In this document: in pieces, positions 50,401-62,230 of the stretch
Layout of the letters: each line of letters starts with the position of its first letter
Numbering within the stretch: the first letter of the stretch is position 1
NCBI GenBank assembly: GCA_028534125.1
Contig: CM052816.1
Span: forward strand, 25,794,001 to 25,858,000
Origin: Lama glama
Lineage: Eukaryota
Length of the DNA: 64,000 bases
Direction: 5' to 3'
The notes under the pieces: generated by a model
The model's input: only the letters and a program-made list of their open reading frames with translations
Databases searched by the model: none
Told to the model about the DNA's origin: nothing
Position numbers and translations under genes: made by a program

Positions 50401-50722
50401 CAAAAAAAGGGTGTATATAGCAATGTGTGGGAAATACATCAGTGCTGAACCTGGCTGTTTTAGCTTTAGAGGATGTATTTTCCTTTTGATATTTATTGAA
50501 TCCTGATTTTTTTTTTTTTTGGTTTTTTGTTTATTGGTTTTTTTTTTTTCTTTCCCTACCCAGGAGCATGCTTGGTTTGGCCGGGTCCATTGTTCATTGT
50601 TATGACTGTCATTTACCACGGCTTTGCCATTCTGTCCTAGAGTAAAGCCACCAAAGAAAAGGAGGTGAAAGAAAATGGGTATTTGCCAACGATGGCCTCT
50701 AAAACATCTGTAGGTTATAGAT

Positions 50723-50911
50723 CAGTGATTCTCAGCTTGGTGCCTGTGAGTCATCTGGTAAGCTTTTAAGACATGGTTGGCGCCCAGGCAGCCCTCCCAG
50801 GCCTTTCCTTGGTCTGGGTTGGCAACTTGGTCAGGTTTGGTGACCCGACATCAGTGTTTTTTCACATCTCCCCAGGAGATTCTGATGTGCAAACAAGGAT
50901 GAGAACCACTG
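50723..50911. mobile_element. MER5-family hAT-Charlie MITE, apparently full length (189 bp)
   Basis: Terminal inverted repeats CAGTGATTCTCA ... TGAGAACCACTG and internal CCCAGGAGATTCTGATGTGC. Confidence 0.85.
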
Positions 50912-51065
50912 TCTCAGGGGAGAGAGGGGATGTCCTGGCCCTGTGCAGGCTGCTGGACCTCTTCCCTTTAAGGAAGTTGCCTCATTTTCTCAGGTGAGAC
51001 GTGGACCGAGATACTTGCCTTATTTACCCCACAGGGTAGATAGTGTCTGTCAAGATGTGTCTTGT

Positions 51066-52243
51066 GGCAGGTGAGCATAGCTGTTTAATCACTATGCTAA
51101 TGAGAAAAAGGGTTCAGCTCTAATTCTGAACAAACTCCACAGAGCTTTTGAGGGACTTCATGTACCACTCATGCTTATTTATTAATATGGTGGGCGGACC
51201 TTAGTTATTTTCTCCAGTAAGCCAAACACTGTGGCTTCATTTCTTTGTGGTCTGCTGAATTTTTTTTTTAAATAGTTCAGAAACCCAGAGTGTAAAGGAA
51301 AGTTGATAAAAGTAGCAAATAAAGGATTGGACTCAGAAAACATTGGGAGTTTTCTGAGGGGATGATGGAAATACAAATGGCAACTTAAGAGGAAACATCT
51401 AGTGGGAAGGGAGGAGTGCTTGTTTCTATCACGTCCTTCCCCTGACGTTCTGCGGGTTTTCTGAGGAAAGAAAAGTGATCTTGGGAATTAATGTTTTAAT
51501 TAACCGGAGAAGTAAATGATTCTCTTTTAAACCACCAGAGATGCCCTTAAATTCTTCTGCTTTTCCTGCATCTCCAAAGTCAAAAAGAGGGTAGTGTTTA
51601 AATGTGCAATAGAGGGGATTTTAAGCTAATTCATTAAAAAGAAAATGATGTTACATCATTGATGCTTGATCTAATGTGTGGTGGTGTTATTCCTGTTCTG
51701 AAGTATTTACTTCCCAGCCTTATTGAAAATAGAGCATTTCTTTAAAATTTTTGATTCAAGAGATTAAGTATTAATCCAAGCTTACTTTTTTTTCTTAAAT
51801 TTTTTGATGAGGGAGGATCTGACTATGATGTTTTTTGGAGGAGAGGGAGGGTCTGATGCTGTGAGGTGAGGGTAGGTGGTCCAAGCTTTGTATTTTCAGT
51901 AATTGAGCACAGAGGCAGTACATGAGTGAAACATTGCTATTTGTTGAGGTATTTCCCAGTGAATTTATAAATTTGGCTTTGACTCACAAGCAGAGTGAGA
52001 TGCCCACTTTCACTTCTGCATTTCACTGCCTGCCGTGTCAATGATGAATAACAACTGTGCAGTGATGGGGAACTTTAAGATGGCTGGTGGGCATGCACAC
52101 CAGCAGTGCTCTGCTACGTGGAGAGAAGTCAGCCCCCAGGATGTGAGTTTGGTAGGTGGGCATAATTGTTCAATCACTGTGCTAATGAGAAAATGAGTCC
52201 AGCCTTAATCCTCAGCACCAACTCCACTGAGGTTTTGAGGGAC
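51066..52243 (+). repeat. Dispersed diverged direct repeat (copy A 51066-51156, copy B 52151-52243)
   Basis: Manual alignment gives 16 mismatches over 91 aligned bases plus one 2-nt gap (~82% identity). Shared cores TGCTAATGAGAAAA, AACTCCAC and TTTTGAGGGAC. Confidence 0.9.
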
Positions 52244-53354
52244 CAGAAGAACTGCTAGTTACTTCCACTTTGTATTGGCCAGGGGCCTTCCCCTCACCTT
52301 CCCCTCATCTTGTAATGGTGGTGGCCGATGAAAGTACAGATTGTTTCTTGAGGTTCATCACCATTGGTATTAGAGCAGCTCAAAGGGTGTGCCTTCCAAA
52401 GTGTACAGGTGCTGCCCATTTTCACCCACAAAGGCACCCTAGATAGAAAATCAAGTCCATACTTTTTCCGGACCATACACCATCCTAATTACCTCTGATT
52501 ATTCTGTGCACAGTGGTGAAGTTTTTAATAAAATTGGTTCATTACAACTACCAAGCTCATATAACAATTTTTTTTAAAGATTACTAAAACTAATGGTACC
52601 AGCTTCATGGAAGAATACAGAAAATAAAAATGGAGAACAACAGGTCTTCACACAGTAGACACTCAATAAAGATTGTTGACTGAAGGTGAGAGAAAGGAAG
52701 GGAGCAGGGAAGGCTTGTCTGGGCTGCTTTCCTGGGTTTTGCTTTACTCCTGGACCTGTTTTATGCTTTCCTGATGAGGTAATGTGGCCAAAATTTAGAT
52801 ACGATGAGTGACTGTGTGTTGCTGGAAAGCCATAGCATAGACAGTCACTTCACCTCTTGCCAGTGTAAAAAATAAGATGCCATTGGATAGGATTCAGCTT
52901 AATGTTTTTGGACCAAACATTTATTCTTTTGTGTTATTTGTGTATATATTTTGGTGGTGACAGTAGGTGTTAAGTAAAGAAGCAGTAAGTTTTAAACTCA
53001 CTGTATTAAAGGCATTTTGTTACCCCTTTTTGGTTGGTTGATACTGTAGTGTGAATACAGAATGTAAAACATTTTAAACTAAACTTTTCTTAGGATTGAC
53101 GTATGTATAGTGAAAGATTTAAGAAGTTGTCTTGAAATATTTGGGTGTATGGTATTGTCCTGTGTGCTTGCTTATCCTTTTCCTATAAAGGGGTTGGTAA
53201 GAAAATCTTATCTTAATATAGGGACTTGGAAATGAAGATATTATTTTCCAGTTACAAAATCCACACAGTCTCCAGGGTTGCAAAGAATAGTTGTTGGCCC
53301 TTCTGGGCATATTGATTAAGATATTCCATTGACCTTTTTTTTTTTTTTTTACTG

Positions 53355-53538
53355 AATTTTTAAAATAGCAGCTTCATTTGAGATGTAATGCACATAATGT
53401 ACAATCCACCGATTTAAAGTGTACAACTTAGTGGGTTTTTTTTTTTTTTGTATTCAGCGTTGTGTAACCATCACCACAATTACTTCTAGAACACTTTCAG
53501 TACCCTCCAAGAAGCCTTGTACCTGTTAGTAGTCACTA
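53355..53538 (-). mobile_element. LINE-1 3' end (L1MB-like)
   Basis: CAGCTTCATTTGAGATGTAATGCACATA...TTTAAAGTGTACAA...TTGTGTAACCATCACCACAAT...TAGAACACTTTCA. Confidence 0.85.
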
Positions 53539-53649
53539 CGAACTGACCACAATCGTCCATTTCATTGACTTCTGCATCTTTGTCCTTACCTGATTCTAGG
53601 TTGCATTTGTGTGTCAATATGTATATTTCATGGAAAAGAGAAAAGGTTG

Positions 53650-53835
53650 TTTGTTGAACACTTATTTTGTGCCAGACATCGTGCTGGGTTTGCTTGCCAG
53701 CTAATTTCCTTCAGTCCTCAGGACCAAATTCAGAGTGAGCGCACTCTCATTATGTTTTAAAATAGCAGACTCAGGAAGGGGTTCACCCATGCAAGGCAGC
53801 ACACGTGGTAAGGGAGTTTGGCCCTCCGGAGCCCC
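53650..53835 (-). mobile_element. MIR fragment
   Basis: TTGTTGAACACTTATTTTGTGCCAGACATCGTGCTGGG...CAGTCCTCA. Confidence 0.55.
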
Positions 53836-54089
53836 TGCTCTTCACAGCTACTGCTGGGTGTTCTGGATTTCCATTACTGCTCAAAAGTTCCAGTATGTCT
53901 CCTGAAGTACCTATGCTGCATTTCTCTTCAGAGAAAGGGGATAAAATGTGATGTAATAGCTGGAGTTTCTATTTTTAAGCACAGAATGAGCAGAAGTTCT
54001 TCATTGGTCTAGCATCTGATTTTGGCAAGAGTAACAGTCAGCTTCAGCTGGGTTGCTGTGTACAAACCATCCCTTTCAGCCCCACTATG

Positions 54090-54200
54090 CCGTAAGCTTC
54101 CCTGGTGCACAAATCCCATCTGTTCTGTTCGCTGTTGGAACCCCAGCACCTGGCATGGAGTACGCACGCCATACATATTTGTTGAATGTTGAATGAATTC
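54090..54200 (+). mobile_element. LINE-2 3' end
   Basis: TCTGTTCTGTTCGCTG...CCCCAGCACCTGGCA...ATATTTGTTGAATGTTGAATGAAT. Confidence 0.75.
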
Positions 54201-54539
54201 GTGGAACAAAGTGATATGGTCTTGCTACCTGTTGAAGTTTGAACAGTGTAGCTTTCTCGTCAGGAATATGTTACTTTTAAATCAAGTTTGGCCTACACAA
54301 TCTGGAAAATAGAGCTCCAGAAGCTACTTTGTCCCTGATTTTTTTTTTAAAGCCATGATAAAACCTGATGAAATTTTATTATATTTCAGCTTCCAACCTT
54401 GCTATTATTAGCCTCCACCAAAAAAGGAGAAAAAAAATATTTGATGTGCTTTTTTTCCCTTCAATCATTTATATTCTCAGTGTGGTTTTAATGTTTTGAT
54501 TGGGAAAGGACTCCATGGCCATTTTAGGCCATTTAGGGG

Positions 54540-55040
54540 GAAAAAAAGTAAAAGAGAAAAATCATCTACAATCTCACTATTCAGGCAGCCACTTCACTTT
54601 GTTGACTTTCTTTCTTAGCTTTTTTTGTGTGCATTAAAAAAATTGTATTTGTTAGTACACTTGTGAATATTCCTTTCTCTTCTCTCAATCTTAACATTAA
54701 AGATTAGCATTTCTGATGTTATTAAAACACTTTCTAAGACACATTTTTCATTGCTATAAAATATTACATGGAGTGGACACAAAAAATTTAAAGTCCTCTT
54801 AATAGTGGATATTTTAGTTGCCTTCAACTGCTTAGATAACTGTCAGCACTGCATAGTATATTTTTGTGCATGAAAGTTTGTATTTTATGGGTTTGCAATT
54901 ATTATGGATTTTCCAGAAGCAAAATTGCTGAGTCAAAAGATACAGACATTTTTAATACAATGGAAAACATGAACCGTTTATCACTTTCCCAAAAAGTCTG
55001 TACCGGTTCACGCCGCCCCAGTGGAGTGCCCTCTTTGGTT
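54540..55040 (-). mobile_element. Old LINE-1 (L1ME-like) relic
   Basis: TAGTGGATATTTTAGTTGCCTTC, TTCCAGAAGCAAAATTGCTGAGTCAAAAG, TTCCCAAAAAGTCTGTACC. Confidence 0.6.
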
Positions 55041-56422
55041 GCCCTTCCCTACTTTGGACTCACCCACATTTTGGTGACAAAAGGGATGAGGTTGTAAGTC
55101 AGAGGCATAGCTTGCAGGGCTCACACCCCGGGTCCTGTCCTAGACAGAAGGGAAATGGGACTTTTCCCTTGGAGCAAAAATCAAAATGGTCCAGGCTGAG
55201 AAGACAGGTGTGCAAGTGAAGGGATGTTCCCATGAGAGCCGGCTGCGGGGGCTCTGCCTCGTGGAGGGCTTTGCTTTGGATGGTAGGGAGCTTTAGATTT
55301 CACTCCGGCTTGTGCCTGCAGTGACACTTTACAGCTTTTTTCCCCCGAGTGAAAGAAGTTAAAAGAGATTTTTAGATCTGAGGAACTCAAACACCCAGGG
55401 GAGAAAATTAGTCTGTCAAGCATCTATTCTGAACAGGGAGGAATCGAAGTCACTTGTGTTTCTGTCTCTGCAAACATCTTTCTTTGGGGTTCTGCTCCTT
55501 TCAGAATAAGGACAGACGAAGGATGGAGTCTTGATAGAAAACCTTTGCACCGCACGATTTGTTGGTAATCATAATCTGTCACTTGATGTACCCCAGCAGT
55601 TTGCAGATTCCTCTCGGGCACACCCAGCCCTGCCCTGGCCCCTGCTTCCCACAACCATTTGCTCCCAGAGCCTCTTCTCTTGGCTGCCTCTGTGTACGGC
55701 AGCAGCAGGAGGAAGAATCGTCCAGGTAGTTTTTTAAACATCTACCAAAGCATTCCCATATGTACCCTTTCTCAGGCTTTCTGCTCTCAGATAAGTTGGG
55801 CTAATATTTCCCAGGCAAAAGGAAAATAAGCTATCATATGCGAGAAGGAATATCATAGGTTGCAAAAAGCCATTCATAGCAAAGAAAGTTGGAGGAATTA
55901 GGCTCACAGGCAGAGGTGCAGAGTGTCTAGCAAAGTCTGATGTGACAGTCAGGAGACCCAGGAGGGGGGTGAATAAAAAGTGATGTGCGAGAGGCAAGGC
56001 CCTTACTGCTCATGTGATAATTGCTTATAACTGAGCAGTAAATCGAGCAATTCTAGCCCTGCCATATGTATATTCACCCAGATGTATATTCATTTCATAA
56101 TTATGCCTTTTGACTCAAATATGTTTTTGAGACCCTTTCATCATATTTCAGTCCTTGAGTGTGAGAAATGTGGCTGTTTCCTTTACGTGACACATGACAC
56201 ATTTGGCAGGTCTGAACAATCACCGCTTTTGCCTGGAGAACTTTACAGTTGCTCTGCCAGTGCTATGTAATTATCATCTCATTTATGTGGAAAACTCCTA
56301 TAATTAGCCCTATTATTCCTACAGGAAAACTGAGGTCTGGACAACCTAAATGAAATGACTGTGTGTCCTTTCTGGGGTTCTCGATTTCTACCTAAAATGA
56401 TCAGCCTTGCCTCGTTTTAAGT

Positions 56423-56428
<6 letters not shown>

Positions 56429-56472
<44 letters not shown>
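56429..56472. repeat. (GT)22 microsatellite
   Basis: Read directly from the sequence. Confidence 0.95.
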
Positions 56473-56475
<3 letters not shown>

Positions 56476-59400
56476 AATGTAACCGATTATTTTAAAAATA
56501 TGCTAAAAGGAGAATAAACATTTGCTTGTCAGTTTGAGGTTTTGACTGAAATGTGGGAACTTTATTCGGCTTACAGAGGGAATTTTTTTTTTTTAATATT
56601 CACCAAATATTTTTACAAAAATACCCCAAATGTCATTTTTGATTCCGTAACTCTCAACAACAAATGCCCAGCCCTGCCCGTGCGTCACTGGCAGTGCCAC
56701 ATGTGCCTCTGGCCCAGTGAGCATCTTGTACCCGCCAGCCCTTCGGGACTCACGCACATCTGCACAGTTTGTATGTTGTCACGTCGGTGTCTCCTTGATG
56801 GCCATGTTGACAAGCCGACTTTTGAAGGAAGTCAAGTCGAAAGAGCTGACTGAGAACATTTAACATGTCTTACTTCGCCTGAGTAGCAGCAGAGACTGAC
56901 TGGTTTACAGATAGACAGCGAAGACTGCTTTCCACCGCGTTCCCCGGGTTCAGGAGACGATGTGGCCACTCTTCAGAAGATGACCAGCCACCCAGTTTCA
57001 ACCAGTGCTCTCGGAGAGCTGCTTCATTCCAGCACCTCGAATACACACCTGTGGAATTTCTTCTAGTTCAAACAGACATAGAGCGAGTGGATGCCGGAGT
57101 GGGCAGAAGAACTGGAACTGGGACTAGGGGCATGGCTCGGGCGCTCCCTGAACCTGGAACCCAGCTGGCTGCAGTAAGGGAGTGTGGGAACGGTGCTCTG
57201 AGTTCAAGGAGTCTTCGAGTCCTCAGGGGCAGATAAGTTAGGAAGCTGTAAACCAAAACTATGATGATCTTTGCAAAAGCGCTATTGCCATGTTGAACTT
57301 GTCTCTTCCATGAAACCCCTGCTTGGCAGGGTGACTGCAAGGTTAGCACATTCACAGGGCGTTCTAAGAAATGTTAAGTTCTAAGTTGATCATGGGACAG
57401 ATGACCCAGTTAGGGGACTAGGGGCATGAAGGGTCTGTTTTCAAAGAAGCAGAATGCAGAATGAGCTACCTGAAATTACATCGACTGCATATTCATCTTT
57501 AGTGATTTGGAAGGTGACCATTAACCTCAAACCCTCAGTCAGATACTGGAGTGTCTCTGAAGTGTGTACCCTCTAGGACATCTCACTTTATATCTGTCTC
57601 TTGAGTTAAATACCTTCTTAAAATAAATATCGTCAGTATACCAGCCCTCTTTGCATTTTCTTGAGGTAGCACATTTCCAGTATGGAATTTCGACAAAGCG
57701 TGACATATGTTGAGTGTGACCGTCAAGTATTTGAGGCTGTGGTTACCATCCCTTTCCTCATTTTCCCAAAGCGAGGAAAACGGAGTAAGGGGAATTTATG
57801 ACTTAAGTGGAAATCAAGGCTGACTCTAAAGGAGAATCCCCTGCTGCAGAGTTCCAGTAGCTTCAGTGATGGCTTGGGAAGGATCTCGTCTTTCCCACTG
57901 ATGCTCACCTCAAAGTTTGCAGAAGAAAGTGGGCTGGACTGTACCAGGGTTCTCCGCTGGGAACTCAGTCAGGACTGGAAGTAACCCAGATCCCCTGGGG
58001 TCTGGGTTCTGGCTCACCGAGAAGCCGTCCCCCCCGCCCCACGTTTTGCTCCCACCCAGACCACCCTTGATCAGTGGAGTCCGGCTTTACACTACCTTTC
58101 ACCTGAGGGAGATGCCGATATGCTGCCAAGGGGTATCTGCCATTAACCTGCGTCCATTTACTCGGTGTAAACCTTTTCATATTTTGGACAGCAGAGGGAG
58201 GAGTCTGGTGTTTACAGAGGAATATTAGGGGTTTGTCAGTAAGCCTAACTTCGTGCTGTTCTTTTCACTCCGCAAATTCTGGCAGCTTCCAGTTGTTACG
58301 GTTCAGTGTTTGGTGTCGTTGCCCTATTTGTTTCATTCTGATAGTGAATGAAAAGTGACAAGGGAGAGCAGGAGTGCCAGGCCAGTTGGTAAGCATGATA
58401 TGATTGATTAGAACCCTGAATGAAAACAGTCCAGGGGGGTCAGTTTGCAAAGAAGGCAGCCAAAGCCTTTCTTCTAGTGCACTTGAACTTTCTGTTTTTT
58501 GTTACTTGAATCGGGTAGACAGTACAAGGCTGAAAAAGCAGGCGAGAAGCTTTGTGTCTTTATAATCCCCTGTGGTAACTAAACAGAAGGAGCATTTTAT
58601 ATTTCATTCAGAATATTGTGTTGATTAAGGCTTTCTGGAAGGGTATGATTGCACAGATCAAGAAGCACCTGGGATTTTTTTTTTTATTAAAAAAAATTCT
58701 TCTTTTTCCGTCTGGCTACAGTAGTTCTAATATCTGTCTATTTAGCAGATTTTTTTTTTCAAAATGTATTGTTACAGAGCCCTCAAGAGTTCTTGGTATT
58801 GCAGTTTGTGACAGATACAGGGTTTTGGAGAAAAGACATGTGGCTAGAACACAAGAATAACCTGATTAAAACAAAATGGTGTGATTGCTGTAGCTTGACG
58901 GTTACTAGAGCATATTGGTGAGAAGAGAAGAGAGACTAGTGGAAAGGAAAAGGGAAAAGATGTGACTGTAACTAATGTTGCTAACTCCCGCTTCTCACCA
59001 CCCCCACGTGTTATAAAAATGTACGTGTATGTGATGGACTAATGGAGCTTTTTTAGAGTGCTCCTGTGGCGTCCTCAGCTTTGGCTGAAATAGCTCTTGT
59101 TTACCGTCAAAGCTGATGTATTTCACACAAGCTGAATAATGTGATGTCGTTCAGAACTGCCTTTGGACTTGTGGGGAAGCCTGACACAGGACCGGGGAAA
59201 AGCAGAACCCTAGAAAAAAGCCAGAGAACCAGACCATTGTCTCACTTTCCCCACCATCTGGCCGTGATTCGTGGGCCCGGGGTCTCATTTCCTCACTTGT
59301 GAAATCGAGGTGGGGTGGAGGTGGAGCACATCATCTCTTGAAGATACCTGACGTCTGGGAGCACTGGGTAGTGAATAACTTAAAGTGTTCTTGCCAGAAC

Positions 59401-59879
59401 GATTTCGGGCTTAAAGGATTCAGGATGGAATTCTTAGGAAACAGTCAGTCTTGATGGCGTTATCCTTAAATCACCCTCTGGGTTAGTGTCAGGTCCTGTT
59501 GAACAGGTAGGTCCAGCTCAGTCTGCAGAAATGAATCTATTTCTGGAACTCTTTATTTGCTCAGATCATTGCTTGGACTTTTAGCAGTTGTGCACATGGA
59601 GTCTGGTCTGAGTTGGCAGACATGTATTTTGCGCTCTGATAGACTCCAAGGCAGAATGAGCTCATTGAAGACGTTATCTGATAAGATTCCTAGAAGGTAG
59701 CCTCCCAGTTTCATTAGCAGGTTCCGTGCCCCTGGTCGTTTGCCGGCTCAGGGTCCCAGGACTTCTAGTGCTACTCTGTCTACCGCTGTGGTGAGACTCC
59801 CTGTCGCGCCCAGATCCCCGTTGTGATAAAACCGACTAGATGCATGAGAAGGAACATGTACACGTAGTTTAGTTCTCTT

Positions 59880-61290
59880 TTAAACTTTTAATCAGATTAT
59901 ACTTGTATACAGTTCATCAAAAAGCCACCTAGGTGTCCGAGGCCCATGGCAAACCCAGCAGTTTCTCGTTCCCCCTTTCCCTCACCCAACTGCTCCTCAC
60001 CAGAGGCAGTGAACTGCTTTCAACTCTTTTTGGTGGTATTTTTCTCTGTGTTTTGAAAGCAGACGTCTATATGGCTATTTCTTCTTTCAGTTTGAGGGTT
60101 TTGTATGAACTTCTTGTTGCATTTGCCTCTTACGGCGGATACCCTATCTCCTGGGTCTAGGCATTCTTATTTCTCTCTTATTTCAGTCCCTTCGTTTTGG
60201 TGAAGCATATCTTCCAGCAGCTTCCTAAGAAAAAATTCATGGGAAGTAAAATTTCTGAGATCTTGATGTTTGAACAAGGTTTCCTTTTACCCTCTCACTT
60301 GATGGATATAACAGCCCAGTGAAAAGTTGGTTAAAATCATTTTCTTTCAAGACTCTTGAAGACATGCCTTTGTAACTTTGAGCTCCCTGCAGTGTTGCCT
60401 TTGACAAGTGCCAACACCATCCCTACTTGAGATCTTGTGTTTGCTACTCTTTGCTACCCCATCTCTCTCTCAAGCCTCCATCTTTTCTTTGTCCCCAGCG
60501 AGCGTTCTGACATTACTCAGTGACATCCTTCTTAAATTTGTTGTTCTGAGTTTTGTCTTCTCCTTGGACACTCAGGCCCTGGAGGGTTGGAAGTTTTGTA
60601 GTGGTATTTCTTTGGAAAGGATGTAATTTATGCTTCCCTGTTCTCTCTTTCTGGAGCGCCTTTTATTTAGAAGTTGAACCTTCCATATAAACCTTCTATT
60701 TTTCTGATCTTTTCTCTCCTTTTTCAAATCTCTGGCTTAATAGGTTTTTAAGTATTATCTGATTTGGGGAGATTTTCTCAACTTTATCCTTCAGTTTTTC
60801 TATTGAAAAAAATGTATTCTTACAGAGTTTTCATTTCCAAAAGTTCTTTTTGTTAAAAAACCAATTCTAGTTTCATGAATACAGAGTATGCTCATTTACT
60901 TAAGGATATTAATTATCTTCCCTCTCTCTTTGTTTCTTTTTCTCTCAGCATTGTTTCTAGTTTCTCTCACTTCCTTATTTGGTTGGTGTTTGTTTTGGCT
61001 TCTTTGGTGTTGGAGAGCTTCTTCAAATGCCTGATGATCCTTGGCTGGCAGTCTAAGTGATGTTCTAAGAAGCTGGTTTGAAGGTCCATATGCTTGGGTA
61101 GATCTTTTTGATGGTATAGGGAGATCTGGTTGGATCATTTCTCTAGGGGATCCCCCAGCTGGGGGTTTCCACATGCCTCTTCTCTTGCTTTGATCAGTTT
61201 CCCCAGAAAAGCCTTTTCCGATTTCCTGGCAACCAACTTTATTTGGTCCTGATTTCAGGGGAAAATGAGTGAAGGTTTCACTCTCCATTG
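59880..61290 (-). mobile_element. HAL1 (half-L1)-like relic
   Basis: TTTTGGTGAAGCATATCTTCCAGCAGCTTCCTAAGAAA...CATGGGAAGTAAAATTTCTGAGA...TACCCTCTCACTTGAT...CTTCAAATGCCTGATGATCCTTGGCT matches the recalled antisense HAL1 consensus. Confidence 0.7.
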
Positions 61291-61499
61291 TATAAAAGAA
61301 TTAATCTTCTTGTTTTTTTAGTAGTTATAATATTATCTCCATTATACAGATGAGAAACCTCTTAAAGAGCCTTAAGTTCCTTTGTTGATTTTTCTTGGTA
61401 GCTACCATGTATTTCATGGACTGAATTGAGATAATTCCAGTTGATTTGTAATGTCTCATCGTAATGATCACTTCTATGGAGAGATCAAGTCATTTAATT

Positions 61500-61565
61500 T
61501 ATTTTTTATTGACATATAGTTGATTTACAATGTCTTAGATTCTTGTGTACAGCATGGTGATTCAG

Positions 61566-61615
<50 letters not shown>

Positions 61616-61904
61616 TTTTTCAAATTCTTTTTTATTATGGTTTATTACATGATACTGAATAAAGTTCCCTGTGCTATACAGTAGGTCCTTGTTTTTTCAT
61701 CTGTTTTGTGTATAATTGTTTGTATCTGCTAATCCCAAACTCCTAATTTGTCCCTCCCTGCCTTCCCTCTTTGGTAACCATAGTTTGTTTTCTATCTCTG
61801 AGAGTCTGTTTCTGTTTTGTAAATAAGTTAATTTGTATCATTTTTCAGACTCCACATTTAAGTGATATTGTATGATAGTTGTCTTCCTCTGACTGACTGA
61901 CTTC
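61500..61904 (-). mobile_element. 5'-truncated LINE-1 3' end (artiodactyl-type) with internal (TA)23 and target-site duplication
   Basis: TATTGACATATAGTTGATTTACAAT...GTTCCCTGTGCTATACAGTAGGTCCTTGTT...TGGTAACCATAG. Flanked by TCAAGTCA(T/C)TTAATTTATTTTT at 61485 and 61905. (TA)23 at 61567-61612. Confidence 0.9.
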
Positions 61905-62084
61905 TCAAGTCACTTAATTTATTTTTGTCATGCCTTACTTGGCCTATTATGATTTTTTTCCCTCAAATGTAGCTTTAGCTATGCTTGGTTTTCAGACAGA
62001 CTGTAAGTTTGGGAAGTTAAAACAGTGGCATATAAATGAAACAACAAACCGCTTTTTTTTTTGTTTAGCTATTGGTTATCTAAA

Positions 62085-62230
62085 TAAAAGAAATTCAGTA
62101 GCTTTTGGAGTGGACAGATTGTCCCTTAACCCCAGCTCTACTTGTCTCCCTTATGGATTCTAGCCAGATCGTGATTTTGAACTTGAGCTTTGTGCTTTTT
62201 GTCTTTATTTAGCAACACGGGTTGTTGACC
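62085..62230 (+). mobile_element. MIR-like fragment
   Basis: GCTTTTGGAGTGGACAGATTG...TTAACCCCAGCTCTACT resembles the MIR 5' region. Confidence 0.45.

Noticed and set aside
26007..56472. (CA)13 upstream and (GT)22 downstream as complementary elements driving circularisation of the 256-nt exon
   Set aside because: They are 20 kb and 10 kb from the exon, short, and have competing TG tracts on both sides. Not supportable from sequence alone.
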